Origin: Octopus sinensis
Lineage: Eukaryota
Assembly (NCBI RefSeq): GCF_006345805.1
Contig: NC_043004.1
Location: 48,670,001 to 48,734,000 of the forward strand
Direction of reading: 5' to 3'
DNA: 64,000 nt
The notes beneath the pieces were generated by a model, which saw only the letters and a program-made list of their open reading frames with translations, did no database searches and was not told the DNA's origin. This document shows, piece by piece, positions 48,201 to 61,799 of this stretch (its first letter is position 1; each line of letters starts with the position of its first letter). A program made the translations under genes and the position numbers.

Positions 48201-49859
48201 ACAATTATTTCAATGGAAGAAGCGGTTATGAGTTATTGGAGGGTATGAAAGATGCTGAGAAGAACTGGCAGTGTCTTGATTGCATACATTGATACACTTA
48301 CATACGTTCCATTGTAACAAGGATTCTCTAACCCGTATTTCCCGTATCACTGTCTTTACGCGACAGAAATTCCTTTTGATTATAGATGTGTTTGTTCAGA
48401 GCTAACCTTGTGGCAACAATAACGCACACTCCATACTAACATCTCATTTTATGAACATCCTTCGTACTCCATATATTGTTTTACCCTTCCTTATATATTA
48501 TCTCATAATCGCTATAACTTTGACTACTCGTTCAGATGTTCAGTAATTCTCTCAGCACTCACGAACAACATACAGCTAAGGAAATATTTGTTACTTTTTA
48601 AATAAACGCTCAACATTACAAACACACCAATAAATAATATCCGTGTGCCTTCAAAAATATTTTGAAAATATACGGACATTGACGAGGCAGACTTTGCTAT
48701 ATACACCTACACACACTCACCACAAACTTCGATTTCTGTACCTGGGTCTCAACTACTGCCTATAATTCCCCACAACTTTCATGAAAAGAGGCGCTTCGGT
48801 ACATTTAGTAGCCTAGAATGTTGCAAGCATTCTGTCACATCTTCATCTTTCCGTCACATATCACCTTCCGCCCCACTCAAGGGGAAGGCTGTCCGTAATC
48901 CTCCGACAAGGTTTATCATATCATTAGTGTTTCTAATTTAAGTAATAAATTTGGGAAAACGAGGTCAGACAATTACATCGACCCAATACTTGACCGGCAT
49001 GTTATTTTACAGATCCTGGTGAGATGAAAGGTAAAGCTGACCTTATCAAGACTTGAACTTAGAATATAAAGAGCTGGAAGTAACCGAGAGTCATTTTGCC
49101 CGACTTTTTAACGATTTTACCAATCCACCATCCATTAAAATACAAAAAAAGATTACCCAAGAAAAGCTGGATTTGTTTTCAGAACTAGAAAACCAGTCTT
49201 CAACAGCAGTGAAAATTACAGTCTACAAAAGTATAAACACGTTATATACAGGAGAACCACTAAATATTTCATCGTGTAACGGGACCAATTATTCTGTCAA
49301 AAGTACATGTTCAAGCCATCTACCTGATCTTTCTACCATCACAAACACAAGGCCTTACATTGGTCTCTTTGGCCAATAAAGGAACCGTTGTATGGTTGTT
49401 TGATCTGTTAGAAATAGCAGTCCATACCTCATTCAACTGACATCCGACCAGCTTGGAAAACGAGAGTTATGTTTGAATAAATAATGCCCGAAAACGGAAC
49501 AGGATGGCCATGGTTTGAGAGTCTATACTTATATCAGCGACCTTACTCTATCACTCGGTTCTTCTTCCCAACTCATTAAATAGAAAATAGTTTTAAATTA
49601 AGAAGGGCACAAAGAAAATGACAGAATATAAAGTGATTGGTGTGGTGTTATTTCGCTCCGAGTCAACCCTTTACTGATGGTTTGAATAACGATGCCCGGA
49701 GCTAAATAACAACACCACACCAACCAATACTTTATACTAACTTAACCATTACACACCACTCAACACATCAACTCAATATGCCGCATCACTCAACACTTTA
49801 CAAGCCATCACCATGCACCACTCACTAAAGTACTTTCATTCCTCAACTGTAGAGAAACT

Positions 49860-51585
49860 ACACATTCTCACAACATTCTTTCCATCTCCCTCTTCTCCAT
49901 TTTCATCCTCTATCTTTCTTACGCTTTCTTTCTATCTAATTTTATCTTCCTTTCTCTCCACTTCTCTACTGTAACTCATTTTTATTTCTCTCATTCTGAT
50001 TCACTTTTACTCTTTCCTCCTCCCTTGTACGTGTTTTTTGTTTTTTTTGCTCTTCCATCATTCATACTTCCTCCCGCCGCAAACTTCACCTCTTACTCTC
50101 CTCCTCCTCCGTCTCTAGTTTTACTATCTCTTTATCACTCCTCTACCTTCTTAATCAATACGTCTCTCTACTCTTTACATCTGTCTTCTCCATTGATTTC
50201 CTTCCAATCTGCTGCCTTTTTCTTCCCCCTACGCTCTCCTCCCACCCCTGGCTCTCTCCCTCTCACCAGCCTCCTTCCTCCACATTGTTCTATCTCCCCT
50301 TCACTCAACCTCTATATTCAGCTACCACCTCTTTCCTCCGTAATCATTCACCACTTTCTCTTTCTCTCACCCTCCTCCTCCTCCCTCTGTTTTCCACATC
50401 TCCATTCCTTCTTCTTTACTTCCCCACTGCCGTAACACTTTATTTCTGGAATTAGTTTCAATTTTATTTTTGTTTTCATAATTTTGCACATCATCAATAC
50501 GAATGAGAACGGCATGAACGACACCACATCATTCTTTTCTTCCAGTTTGATCTGTAATAGTTTTAACTTCCCTGATCGGACGAGAACCACCTTCTCCCCT
50601 CTTTTTTTACACTCACCCTATCCTATTTATTTCATTCCTTTCCTCCACATTTTCGTCCTTTTTTCTGTCTTTAATCTAGCTTGCATTTCCTCTCCCTCTT
50701 AAGTCATTCTCTTACTCTCTCTCTCTCCTCGTTTTATTCCCCCTCCCCATTAATACCACTCCTCCACTCGAATACCCTTCTTGCTGCCCCTCAAATTGTT
50801 CTGAGTCTTCTTTACGTCTATCCCCTCCCCCTTTTATACTCTCTCCTATCACTATCTTCCTCTAGTTCTCTACTCACACCTACACCTCTCTTATTTTCTT
50901 TCCCCTCACTCATCTTTCTACATTTCGTCTATATCTCCCTCTCTCAGTTCTCTTACCCTTTCTTTTCTCCTTTTCAATTCTGTTCAATCAGTCTTTATTA
51001 CTCCCCCCTCTGTTTCCTCTCTCTCCTCCTCTCGCCACTCAGTATTACCCTTCTCAGTGCCCCTGTACCCTCAATGTACCCGACGTCGTGCTGTTTCCTA
51101 TATACCCCACCCCACCTCTACTCGAATACGCTACAACAGTTCTGGGGTTACATCGTAACTGCTGTAATGGTGGTGACGGCAGTGTAGTAGTAATAGTAGT
51201 AGCAGTAGAAGTGCTAGTGCTGGTGAACAGTGATTGTGGTGTTGGTAGTAGATTTTATACTTTTGTTGCAGCTACTGTTGTTTATGACTTCGTCAATTGG
51301 CGACGGTGGTCGTAGTAGTAGCAGTAGTAAAGCGATGGTGGCGACGGCAGTTATAATAGTAGTGGTGGTGGTGGTGGTAATGGTGTCGGTGGTAGTAGCA
51401 ACAGTAGTGGATTCAGTCGCTGATTTTTCAGTTACTGTTTGTCTATATCATAAACGTCTTTATAAGCTGTAATAGTAGTATTAGTGCTAGTAGTAGTAGT
51501 ACGTAGCCATGTAGCGGTTGTGATGTGTGGCGATGGTGGTGGTGATGATTACTGCTGCGTTTAGACTAGATTAGTAATAGTTGGA

Positions 51586-51618
<33 letters not shown>

Positions 51619-52700
51619 TTTATGGTTGGTGCTGTTTATGTTGTAGTAGCGATAGTGGTGGTGGTGATGGTCAAGCATGTATATTTGTTACTACAGTAAA
51701 TTGTTTTCTTCTCCACTCTGGAGTAAGGTCTCTACCTACCCGGAGTAACCTCTTTCTCTCTCTCTCTCTCTCTCCCCACTCCGGGGTAACACATCACTCA
51801 CGAAGAGCAAACGAGGAAACTTCAACGTGTTCACTCAAACCGATGAGAAATAACCAAAATTCTTCCTCTTACCATACTCCCTAACATCTAAAATAAAAAA
51901 GGTACATATCGAATAATATAGTCCTGAAGTATACTGTGAACCAAAAAAAAATATGCCTTTGATTATAAGTCTGCTTAATCAAGGCTCACCTGAATTTAAA
52001 CTCTCTCTTTCTCTCCAAAGAGAGTAACTCATTTCAGCTTTTCGTTCTACCCAGAGTAATACGTCTCATACACTCACGCTTTCTTTTTCTTTCCACAAAC
52101 AGTCTTTTCTCACCCGGAGTATCGCATCTTTCACTCTCCCTTTCTCACTAGTAACTCATCATCATCATCATCATCATCATCGTCGTCGTCATACTCAACA
52201 TCCATCCCTTCCCCACTGCCATCATATCACTCAATATTCTTTACTCCTACCACCTCTAGTGTAGTATACTACTACTACTACTGTAGCTGTACTACATCTA
52301 ATACTACTGATTTCTCCTCATACCTCGACCACATCAAGCTAACACTCTCACTTTCACTCTTTACTCATATTCCTCCCCCCCCCCCCCCGCCTCGCATCAC
52401 CTCTAGCCAACACACAATATTTCCTCACTCAAATACTCTTTTTTTTCTTTCTTTATTCTCTCTCATACTACTGCTCTCTCTTTCTCCTATTCATTTCCCC
52501 ACTCTCACTACAACTGCTCCTTCCGTAACACTTATTCAGCCACCATGCTACATCTCTGAAATTCTACCCCCAGCCAGCCATCCACCATCCCTACCATACC
52601 GATATTTCTCCCACCGCAACTTCCCTCATATGTTCCTCTCTACACTCACTTTTACTCTCCCCATTTTCACTCCTTACTCTCATCACTCCAACTACTCCCC
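49860..52700. repeat. Extended polypyrimidine and trinucleotide low-complexity region
   Basis: C/T-rich at 49860-51100 and 51700-52700; GTA/GGT-rich at 51150-51700. Confidence 0.8.
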
Positions 52701-53734
52701 CCCTTCAGAAGCAACAGTAGAGGTGAGATAGGGGTACACTAGAGGGAGTTCAATGTTAATTGTTTCAAAGTTTGCTAATGTTCAGTCACTACTTCTTCCA
52801 TATTGACTTAGATGGTCGTTTCTTGTTTGTTGTACCTTTCTTCCGAGTTCAAATCTTGTCCAAGCAGAATTTTTTTTTTGTACATCTTAAGCAAGGATTA
52901 TAAAATAGCAACTACCAATATTGGTGGACCTCTGAGTTTATCAATCGTACTCCCTAACTTTCTACTTGGTTAATAGCGACACTGGCTTCTTTCTACTAGT
53001 GTTGCTGGTTACTTTCTACAAGTTTCAAAAATCCCTATTTGTAGTTGTATATAGTTTAATGTGACTTCCAAATTTTAGTTCAGCGCCAATTTTTAGTGGT
53101 GCTGGTGGTGGCTATAGCTTTGTTATGCTCGTGGTAGTCATGATTTAATATTTTTTTTAATAGGTAAAGCTCATTTTATTAATTTTCTCACTATAAGTAT
53201 GTCAGCTTTTATAACAGCAAATTCATTTAGTTGTAGCTGTGGTTATTTGTTGTGATGCTCTTTCAGAATCCCTTACGAAAGGGTGACTGAATGGTAACTG
53301 GACCTAGTTTCGTTCTCTTGTTCAGCGTATGATGTCATACCTGGAAGAATTAATCACATACGCACACATTTATGCATCTTTCACCTTTTACTTATTTCAG
53401 TCATTCGAACTGCAACCATGCTGGGGTATCACACACACATAATGAGTTTAAAGGGGTATAATATCCTGGCGGTACCGTCTTTTCTCTCAAATCGGTTTCA
53501 GATGCCGGCTAACCACAACGATCCGTATGTAGTACTCGAGCTAACAATGGGTTGTTAGGCCCTGGTCACTTCTCTCATTGGGTAATTTTGTGTCTTGTTC
53601 CGGACTGCGATTATTATATGGACTTCATTTGCTTACTGCTGTTTCCAATGTAAGATGCAGTGGAGTGCCTGAGTAACACCTTACAGTTTTATCAGCCCCA
53701 CGGTCGAGACTGTAAAGGTGTAATATTGCAAACT

Positions 53735-53960
53735 ATTAACCCTTTCGTTACTGTATTTATTTTGAGATGCTCTGTGTTTCTTTCAACTATTTTAAATATA
53801 ACAAAGAGTTTAGTAAAATAACTTAATTATCATTAATGTAGTGTTAGGAACGTAAATTGTGACTAAGGCTTGGTGGAATATTTTAATTCAAAACTTATGA
53901 AAACAAGACATTTTACCACAGAGCCAGAGCCGGTTTTGGCTGGGTTAGTAACAAAAGGGT
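53735..53960. mobile_element. piggyBac-like MITE
   Basis: TTAA-ccctttcgttac ... gtaacaaaaggg TIRs; homologous to 22460-22684. Confidence 0.75.
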
Positions 53961-54486
53961 TCGTATTGCTGATGATTGGGTTTTCGAAACTACTCGTGCC
54001 GTATTCCACTTTAATATTTTATTTTCCGCTTGTATTCCTTCAACTGCCAGCATTTTTGCTTCCTTTGGCAAAATAAACAGTTAATATGAAGGCAGTGTAA
54101 AGAAAAGCTGTCAATCTTCTCTGTCACCCGATATAAGAGAACTTCTTTGTATGCCCGATCTGCTAGAAATAGTAACCAATTTTCTCTTAAATTACACCCG
54201 ACTATCTTCAACATTGAAGGATGCCTCAAGCAAAAACGAGAGAGCCTCGACATGGTCAGGTGAACTGTTAGAAATAGCAGTCAGATTTCCCTCAGATTAC
54301 ATTCCGTTTGGAAAAAGAGAAGTTAATCGTATAGACGTATGAGTAATATATATATGAATGTAACATCAGCATTCTTTCGGTTAGTGATCACGAATTGAGA
54401 GGGGAAATATTGGCACGATCTGGCAATATCACCTCTTAAAATTTTCGTGGACTTCTACGTTTTCAGCAACGGAGATCACGATCTTG

Positions 54487-54899
54487 GGATCTTTTCGGTT
54501 TGAACGGCAGTTTTTTTTAATAATTTCCACGTAACTAAACACTTTTAAACTTCGTATACTGGTAGAATGTGTTTATAAAACATCTTTTTCTCTTGGCTTT
54601 ATTGAGAAAATTCTATAGTTTGTAAGATATTTGTTGTTGTTTTTTCTTCAATTTCTGCAATTTCAACCAATCAATGACCGTCTATTGAGGTGAAAACATT
54701 CTGTGCCGTATGAATATGTCCCTCGTTTAAGAAACAGATTGGGTTTATTTACATTTGTGAAGAAAAAAAGATACCCTTCCCCCCACTTCTAACCCTAAAA
54801 CAGATTGAAATGCAATAGATCGATACTAGGGTCATAATTATGGGTGACAATTTCATATGACACCGCTAGAAAAGACTTCCGTTCAAACCGAAAAGATCC
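54487..54899. mobile_element. MITE with GG-starting TIRs and 8-bp TSD (Merlin-like)
   Basis: TIR GGATCTTTTCGGTTTGAACGG / CCGTTCAAACCGAAAAGATCC; TSD cgatcttg/caatcttg. Confidence 0.85.
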
Positions 54900-55444
54900 C
54901 AATCTTGCTTTAAAAAAAATTATTTTTCAAATAGTTAATTCCTTTTCGAATCAAATTTTTTTTTAAAATTAATTTCAGTGGTGAGTGCTTTTCACTTTGA
55001 AATTGTAATCTTAAACCGAAAGAATACAGTGTGTGTGTCTGTGTGTAGACAAAGTACATGTGTAACAACATTGGAAGTAGCCCTCAGTATCGTTGGAAAC
55101 AGGACTAAATTTATTAAATGACTCAAGCATGGAACACTTGCAATCAGGACTCGGAGTTTCTCGATAGCACTTTAAATTCCTGTCGTTCTTATCTATATTA
55201 GTGACGGGAGCCCCATATATAGACAATCCAAGCGCCAACGCCACGTGGTCTCTCTCGCTGGGAATATTCTTTTCCCCCCTTTTCTTCTTCCTTTTCCAGT
55301 TTCCTCTGGTTTTTCCTCGTATTTACCAACAATCTGAGAAGGACATTATCTGAATATTTATAGCCATTAATTCGTTTCCTTCTCTCGCGTGTCAAACTAA
55401 TATCATTGCTTGTCAACTTATCTCGTCTTATACTTTTATACTTC

Positions 55445-55730
55445 ACTTGTTTCAGCCATTGGGTTGCAGCCATGCTGGGGTACCACCGTGAAGGGTTTTG
55501 TCGAATAAATCGACCTCAGTACTTATCTTTTCAGTGTGGTTCTTATTGTTTTTTTTCTATTGCCTGTTGAGTCATGGGGACGTTAACCAACATGGTTGCC
55601 AAGTGATGTGGGGAACACACACACACACGACGGGCTCCCAGTTTCGTCTTCTAAATTCACAGACAAGGCAATCAGTGATCGGTCCAAAGGTAAAGCAGAA
55701 AACGCTTGCTCAAGGTGCCACGCAGTGAGC
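55445..55730 (-). mobile_element. SINE family A, diverged
   Basis: ttgtttcagccattgggttgcagccatgctgg...gctcaaggtgccacgcagtg. Confidence 0.65.
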
Positions 55731-56005
55731 AAGCCCTTCCTACTATAAGCCTGAGTTGACCAATTCCTTGGGTGAATTCAGTTGACAGAAACTGTGGGAA
55801 CCTATGTTGATGTATTTTTTTTGTTCCCCCCCCCCATTATAACACAATCTGCCGTATCTTTCGGTCTTCCGGACGGTAGGACATAATTTGAATGAGATAT
55901 GGCGACTGTGTGTAGCAGTTCAAGCAACTACACAGAAGCTCGCTCCCTCGTTGGACCATGTTGGAATTATAATGTTCGGAAGGAAACTGGGCGGAGAAAA
56001 TGTTT

Positions 56006-56422
56006 GGATCTTTTCGGTTTGAACGGCAGTTTTTAACATAATTTCCACGTAACTAAACACTTTTAAACTTCGTATACTGGTAGAATGTGTTTATAAAACA
56101 TCTTTTTCTCTTGGCTTTATTGAGAAAATTCTATAGTTTGTAAGATATTTGTCGTTTTTTTTCTTCAATTTCTGCAATTTCCACCAATCACTGACGTCTA
56201 ATGAGGTAAAAAAAACATTCGGTGCCGTATGAATATGTCCCTCGGTTAAGAAACAGATTGGGTTTATTTACATTTGTGAAGAAAAAAAGATACCCTTCCC
56301 CCCACTTCTAACCCTAACCCTAAAACAGATTGAAATGCAATAGATCGATATTAGGGTCATAATTATGGGTGACAATTTCATATGACACCGCTAGAAAAAA
56401 CTGCCGTTCAAACCGAAAATTC
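56006..56422. mobile_element. Second copy of the Merlin-like MITE
   Basis: Near-identical to 54487-54899; perfect 8-bp TSD aaatgttt at 55998-56005 and 56423-56430. Confidence 0.85.
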
Positions 56423-56681
56423 AAATGTTTACTTAGCCAGACTGACAGAGGAGAGCCTATGGCTATGATGAAAACAGTGGACACAGGTGAATTGAAAAAC
56501 TGGTTATGGTTGTGTAGTCATAACACGTTTGTGCACGTGCGTGTGTGTGTGTGTGTGAGTGTGCGTGTGTTAGCTTAATCCTTGTTGTTTTCGTACTTGA
56601 TAGATATTACTTAGTACGTCTTCAATGTAGATATATTTCAGCTATTTTACAGCCATGAGCCACCAACAGTGTCTCTAAAGC

Positions 56682-56826
56682 CAGTCATGAGCAACCTGCG
56701 ACCCCTATGACACTGAATGACATACCCAACGAAATATTACCTTGAATTTCTTTTAGTAGTGCGGTATCCTTAACGGTGAACTGTATCTCATGTGACCCGC
56801 TTCTCAAAAAATGTTACCCATGCCTG
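56682..56826. mobile_element. hAT (Charlie-like) MITE
   Basis: cagtcatgagcaacctgcgaccc ... aaaaaatgttacccatgcctg ends; ctctaa(a)gc-like flanks. Confidence 0.5.
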
Positions 56827-57944
56827 CTCTAAGCTGTCATTCGTGTTGCCTACTTGAAGCAGAAACTAAATTTCTCTCGAAGTACATTACCTTATTGCCT
56901 GAAAAAGAAAGATATAAAGCACGTTGGTCAGGGTACTCATAGGTATATAAAGATATGGGATGGTTACGGCTGGAATCCCTTTGATCATATGTCTACTCGG
57001 ACCAGATTCAGATGCGGGCCAAACATGAACGACTGTAACCACAAACTCGTTCTTACTATGTTATTGTGAAATTTACGTGTGAACTCGCAAACTTTATTTC
57101 TATGGCCAGGTTTCAACATTCATATCTTCTCCATACGCATATTCTACTTATATAGCTATGTGAAACCTATTGATTATAAGGACTGAATTCAGATAATATT
57201 GAAATACACTTGTATTTCTCGAAAATGTTAGCGGTATGGGCAAAACGATTTCTTCTAAGATTCGAACTACTGACTTAAGCTCATTGAAAATTTATCGCCA
57301 TATCGTATTGGCCAATTCTCATATGCAAATACTATGGTGGCTTGGAACATTTGTGGTCTTGTATTAATCAGTGCTGCCATAGCAGTTACATCAGTATAGT
57401 TATTACAGTTATGGGTGGTTACTCTGTTAACGTCATCTTCTGTAGTTGCTATGTCTACAAAGCTTATTTATTCTAGTAGGCTGTTGTTTAGCCCCAGGTC
57501 AAGTATTTGTCGTGACCATTTCGTCTTTCTCTGTATCTAAAATGACACTGAGCCAGTGGAGTGGACAAAATGCCTTGCAGTATTTGTTCAAACTCTTTAC
57601 GAGGTGAGTTCAATTCCTACTGAAGTTTATTCCATTTTCCATCATTCCAGAGCATCTACTGTGTTGATAACGCCTACTGGGACAGAAGCACTTGTCCTTA
57701 GCTCTTCTCTCTCTTGTCTCCAGACAATCAGACTGCCAATTTTGGAAAATTCCTCATTCCTGAGATTATCACCCTTTCTCATTTAGAGTTAGTCCCAAAT
57801 TCCACCATCAAACGATTATTTTACTCTCTTTGGGAGCGGAGATAATTTCAATAATCCAAGTAGAATTTATTTTTTTGGTATTTGATATACCCTTATATAT
57901 ATATACATATATATTCATACATATATATATATAGATAGAGAGAG

Positions 57945-58130
57945 AGAGTTCGAATTTACAGAAAATAAAAGACGAAGACAAGTGGAGAAACAACAACCAG
58001 GTGTATTAGTTTGACGTTCAGAAAGAATGGAAAAGTCTTTGACATTTTGAGCCTATGCTCTTCGACAGAAAGGATTGGGAGGGAAAAAGAGAAAGAACGA
58101 GAAAAACATGGAGAGAAAAAAATGTGTGGG
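57945..58130 (-). mobile_element. (TA)n-adjacent Penelope-end-like repeat with CpG-decayed hammerhead-like motif
   Basis: Minus strand CTTT-CTGTCGA-A-GAGC-atag-GCTC-AAAA-TGTC-AAAG at 58072-58037; architecture like family Y. Confidence 0.55.
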
Positions 58131-58301
58131 AACTAAACCGTTCAACATGATGATTATCCGTCGACAGGCCACTGTTATTTATAGTGTTAAACGCTTTCGG
58201 TATGCAAATTAGGACCCCTTCATAGAGTAACTGCTGCATTTGTTGAGTATATAAACAGTTTGGCTGCTTGTTTCTCTGGAGATTGTTAGAATGACGTAGA
58301 C

Positions 58302-58344
58302 GCCTCTGATGAGAACTCAATAAGGTTCGAAAATCGATTAAAGT
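58302..58344 (+). ncRNA. Minimal type-I hammerhead ribozyme-like motif
   Basis: CTGATGA (58306-58312), stem II GAAC/tcaataag/GTTC, GAAA (58329-58332), palindromic stem III AATCGATT, UUA triplet; stem I is weak (GCCT/AAGT). Confidence 0.55.
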
Positions 58345-59664
58345 TATTCATCATTTTTTTTTTTATTAGTCTGCGGAGAAATGGCTAAAATTTGCCCTCA
58401 CCAGTGACAAAGGAAACATCGAAGTCGGATCACGACCTGCTAGAAATTGCAGCCAAGGTGTGTTCTATATACTCCTAAAAAGGCGGTATAGTCGTGCCTG
58501 GAATGAATGCCTTTTGATCGTAGGCATGCTCATTCAGGGTGGACCTGACAAAATCTAAAATATCTAGCAGGTATAACAATGTTCTGTACGCCATAAATTA
58601 TTGTTTAGCTCCAGATCTACTCTTATTGAAAAGTCTTGTGATGAACGCGTTCCAGCTGTGGATATCCTGTCTTCTCCCCCCCCCCCCAGGTATAAGTGTA
58701 TCTGTGTGTTTCAGGTGTAAGTATATCTATTATCAAATGTGTCCTTCGTCTATTATGCTAGTAGTTTGAAGGAGATTTGGCACCCATATTTAGTTGTAAA
58801 GCGACCGCAAAGATCATGCATGACCGACCTTTATCGAGGAGCGGTAGACCCGGTTCATCGTCCGGCGGACCGCAAGTTGCCCACGACTGACATAGAAGTT
58901 TACTCGTTGGCTCACTGCGGATAGCTAACTATATCAATAGTTGTCACCTCGCTGCGATGTCTCCTTTACAGTTGGAATTCAGCATAATAAGTCAGCCCCA
59001 CCACCACCACCACCACCACCATTCTTTGCCTTTGTCGTTATCAGACCGCCAATATTTTGTCTCACTAAGGTCGGTGAGTTGGCAGAATCGTGAATCGTTC
59101 AAATGCCGCCGAGTCAATTTTGCCTTTCATCTTTTCGGGGTTGATGTAATCGACCTACCACCTCCTCTCGAAATTGCTGGCCTTGAGCCAAAATTTGAAA
59201 CCAATATTTTTTTGTGTCACTGCTGAGTAGTTTCGACCTCATCATACGCCTTACGTGAAATAGAAGTCAAATTTCTATAAAATCACATCCTTCTTAAAAG
59301 AAAGGGATAAAGAGATAAAGACGAGGTGCTTATAGCCGTAATAACTTTGATCATAGGTCTGTTTGATTAGGGTTAAATAACAGTAATATCTACATTATAC
59401 ACATGGTTAAATATCGAGTCAACGCTTGAAGCTTCTGTGGTTGCGAGGTTTGTAAGAAATAGTAGTTTAATCGCCTTCAAATCATACCCCATCTTTAAAA
59501 AAAAAACGGAAGGTACAAAGGACAATGTAGTTGTAGATACACTGTGTCTGATAATAATAGCAGGAATGCCTTTTATATCATAGATTTGTTCGATCATAGC
59601 TAACCTGGGGCTAAACGACATCGTGCGAATTTACACACAGATCGGTTACAGTATGTATATATAT

Positions 59665-59696
<32 letters not shown>

Positions 59697-60056
59697 CACC
59701 CGCTCAGAAACCGACATACGTGTGCGCACACACACACTCACGCGCTGTGATATTTTTATCTCCATCTATTAAAGAGTGTTCTTCCTTCACTATTCTACGT
59801 TTCAGTTAATTTCTCCTTTATTTCATCTTTCTTTCTTCTGTTTTATCCAACTTCCATTAGCTTACCTTCACTTCTCTTCTCTATCTTTACTCTCATCCTT
59901 TGCTCTATCTTTTTTCTTTACACTTCCCATCTCTCTTCTCATTCTCTTTCCTCCCTCACTTATTTTGAAATTAGCAATTCTTTTTATTCTCTTTCTCTTT
60001 CATTCATCCTTTGTCTTCCTCACATCCTTCCATCCTCTCCAGTTATTATTATTATT

Positions 60057-60480
60057 GAGGCGGTGAGCTGGCAGAATTGTTAGCACACCGGACAAATATG
60101 ATTAGCGGCATTTCGCCCGGTTTTACGTTCTGAGTTCAGATTCCGCCGAGGTCGACTTTGTCTTTCATCCTTTCGGAGTCGATAAATTCAGTAAGTCAAA
60201 CTCTGGAGTCGTAATCAACTAACCCCTCCTTCCCCTAAAATTTCAGACCTTGTGCCTATAATAGAAAGAAAGGATTATATTAAGGTGGCGAGCTGGCAGA
60301 ATCGTTAGCAAGCCGGACGAAATACTTAGCGGCATCTCTTCCGGCTCGTTACGTTTCGAGTTCAGACTTTACCGTGGTCGACTTTGCCTTTCATCCTTTC
60401 GGAGTCAAGGAAATAAATGCCAGTTAAATACTAGCTTCGATGTAATCGACTCCCCCCCCTCGTCAGAATTTCAGGCCCTT
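60057..60480 (+). mobile_element. Two tandem family D SINEs
   Basis: Twice: ggcg.gagctggcagaat.gttagca..ccggac.aaat...gagttcaga....gtcgactttg.ctttcatcctttcggagtc. Confidence 0.8.
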
Positions 60481-61365
60481 GTCCCTGTAGTTGTTACGGT
60501 CCTTTCAATCCGTCTGCTGCAAAATGATTTTCCCATAGTTCTCTAGACACTCTTTCTCAATCTTTCCATATCTACATTCTCCTTTGTCCCTCTCCTCCTA
60601 TGAACACCCCCCTGTCTCTATCTAATTCCCCTTCTCATTTAGTCTATTCCTTCTTCCCGCCGTCTCTACACCCATTCTTTCTTTATCCTATCTCTATTTC
60701 ATTTACACTTTCATTTTCTATCCTCTTCCCGTTATTGCAACTCACATTTCTTCTCCATTTTCTTCCTACTCCTCTAAATATCCTCTCTTCTCTCTAATCT
60801 ACATTTCACTCTGACACTACTTACAACCCCCTTTTTTCTCTTACTTTCTTCTCTACTCGTTTTCTTTCCCTTTATATATACACTATATTTATACTCACTT
60901 ATGTAAAAAATACACACACATACTCTCTCTTCCCTCTCCTCCACCTTTCTCATCCCTATGCATTTCTTCTCCTTTCTGTCACTCAACTCTCTCTTGCCCT
61001 TCCCCCCTTTCTCTTCTGTGCTCCTTGATCGTTTCACTGTAACCCACTGTATCTCTCGTCCATTTCACAGTACTCGTTGTTTTAGCTCATTTTATGAACT
61101 TTTCCACACATCCTCTAACTCTTAAAGTTAGAGATCCTCCATGCCCCACATCCATACATTTACCATGTAGGTGTGTCTGTGTGTGTTTCTGTACACACAC
61201 ACACACACACACACACAGACACATTCAACTATCAACACACCTCACCTTTTAAAAATATCGATTTCTTTCTGTCACATTAGCCACAGATATCTAGGTGAGG
61301 CATACTGTGACGTTTAATCCCTTTGTTAAAGAGTGTTGTAGACAGTTCCTCTTCACACACTCACT

Positions 61366-61417
<52 letters not shown>

Positions 61418-61440
61418 CACACACACACACACACACACAA
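60480..61440. repeat. Polypyrimidine tract and (CA)n/(CT)n microsatellites
   Basis: Direct reading. Confidence 0.8.
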
Positions 61441-61799
61441 TATGCAGGCACACATTTAAAAAAAAAATCTTTTTTGGTTAGTAGGACAGGCAGTGCCTAT
61501 GATCCTTTATAAGAATCTCTAAGACTAGCTGGAAAGAGGAAGGTATCCTCAAACCAGACTGCCTGGCCTGAATGCTTGCAACAAGATAGATTCCGATAAA
61601 GGCATCCTATGTAGGTGCTAGGTGGTGGTGGTAAACTAGGTGTTGGATTAAGGTTTTCTAATCAACTTAATTAGGAAGATAGATATTCCAGAAAAAAGTT
61701 TGAAGGTTAGTGGTTATTTATGCAGGAGAAGGCTTTGTTACTACATCAGAAAAGCTTTGACCCAAAATATATATCTCAACATGGAAAACATGCTAATCA

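Noticed and set aside
49053-49379. 108-aa ORF
   Set aside because: It starts inside a degenerate family D SINE and has no recognisable domain.
49636-49725. Pre-miRNA-like hairpin
   Set aside because: The arms resemble the head of a common dispersed repeat in inverted orientation; there is no small-RNA evidence.
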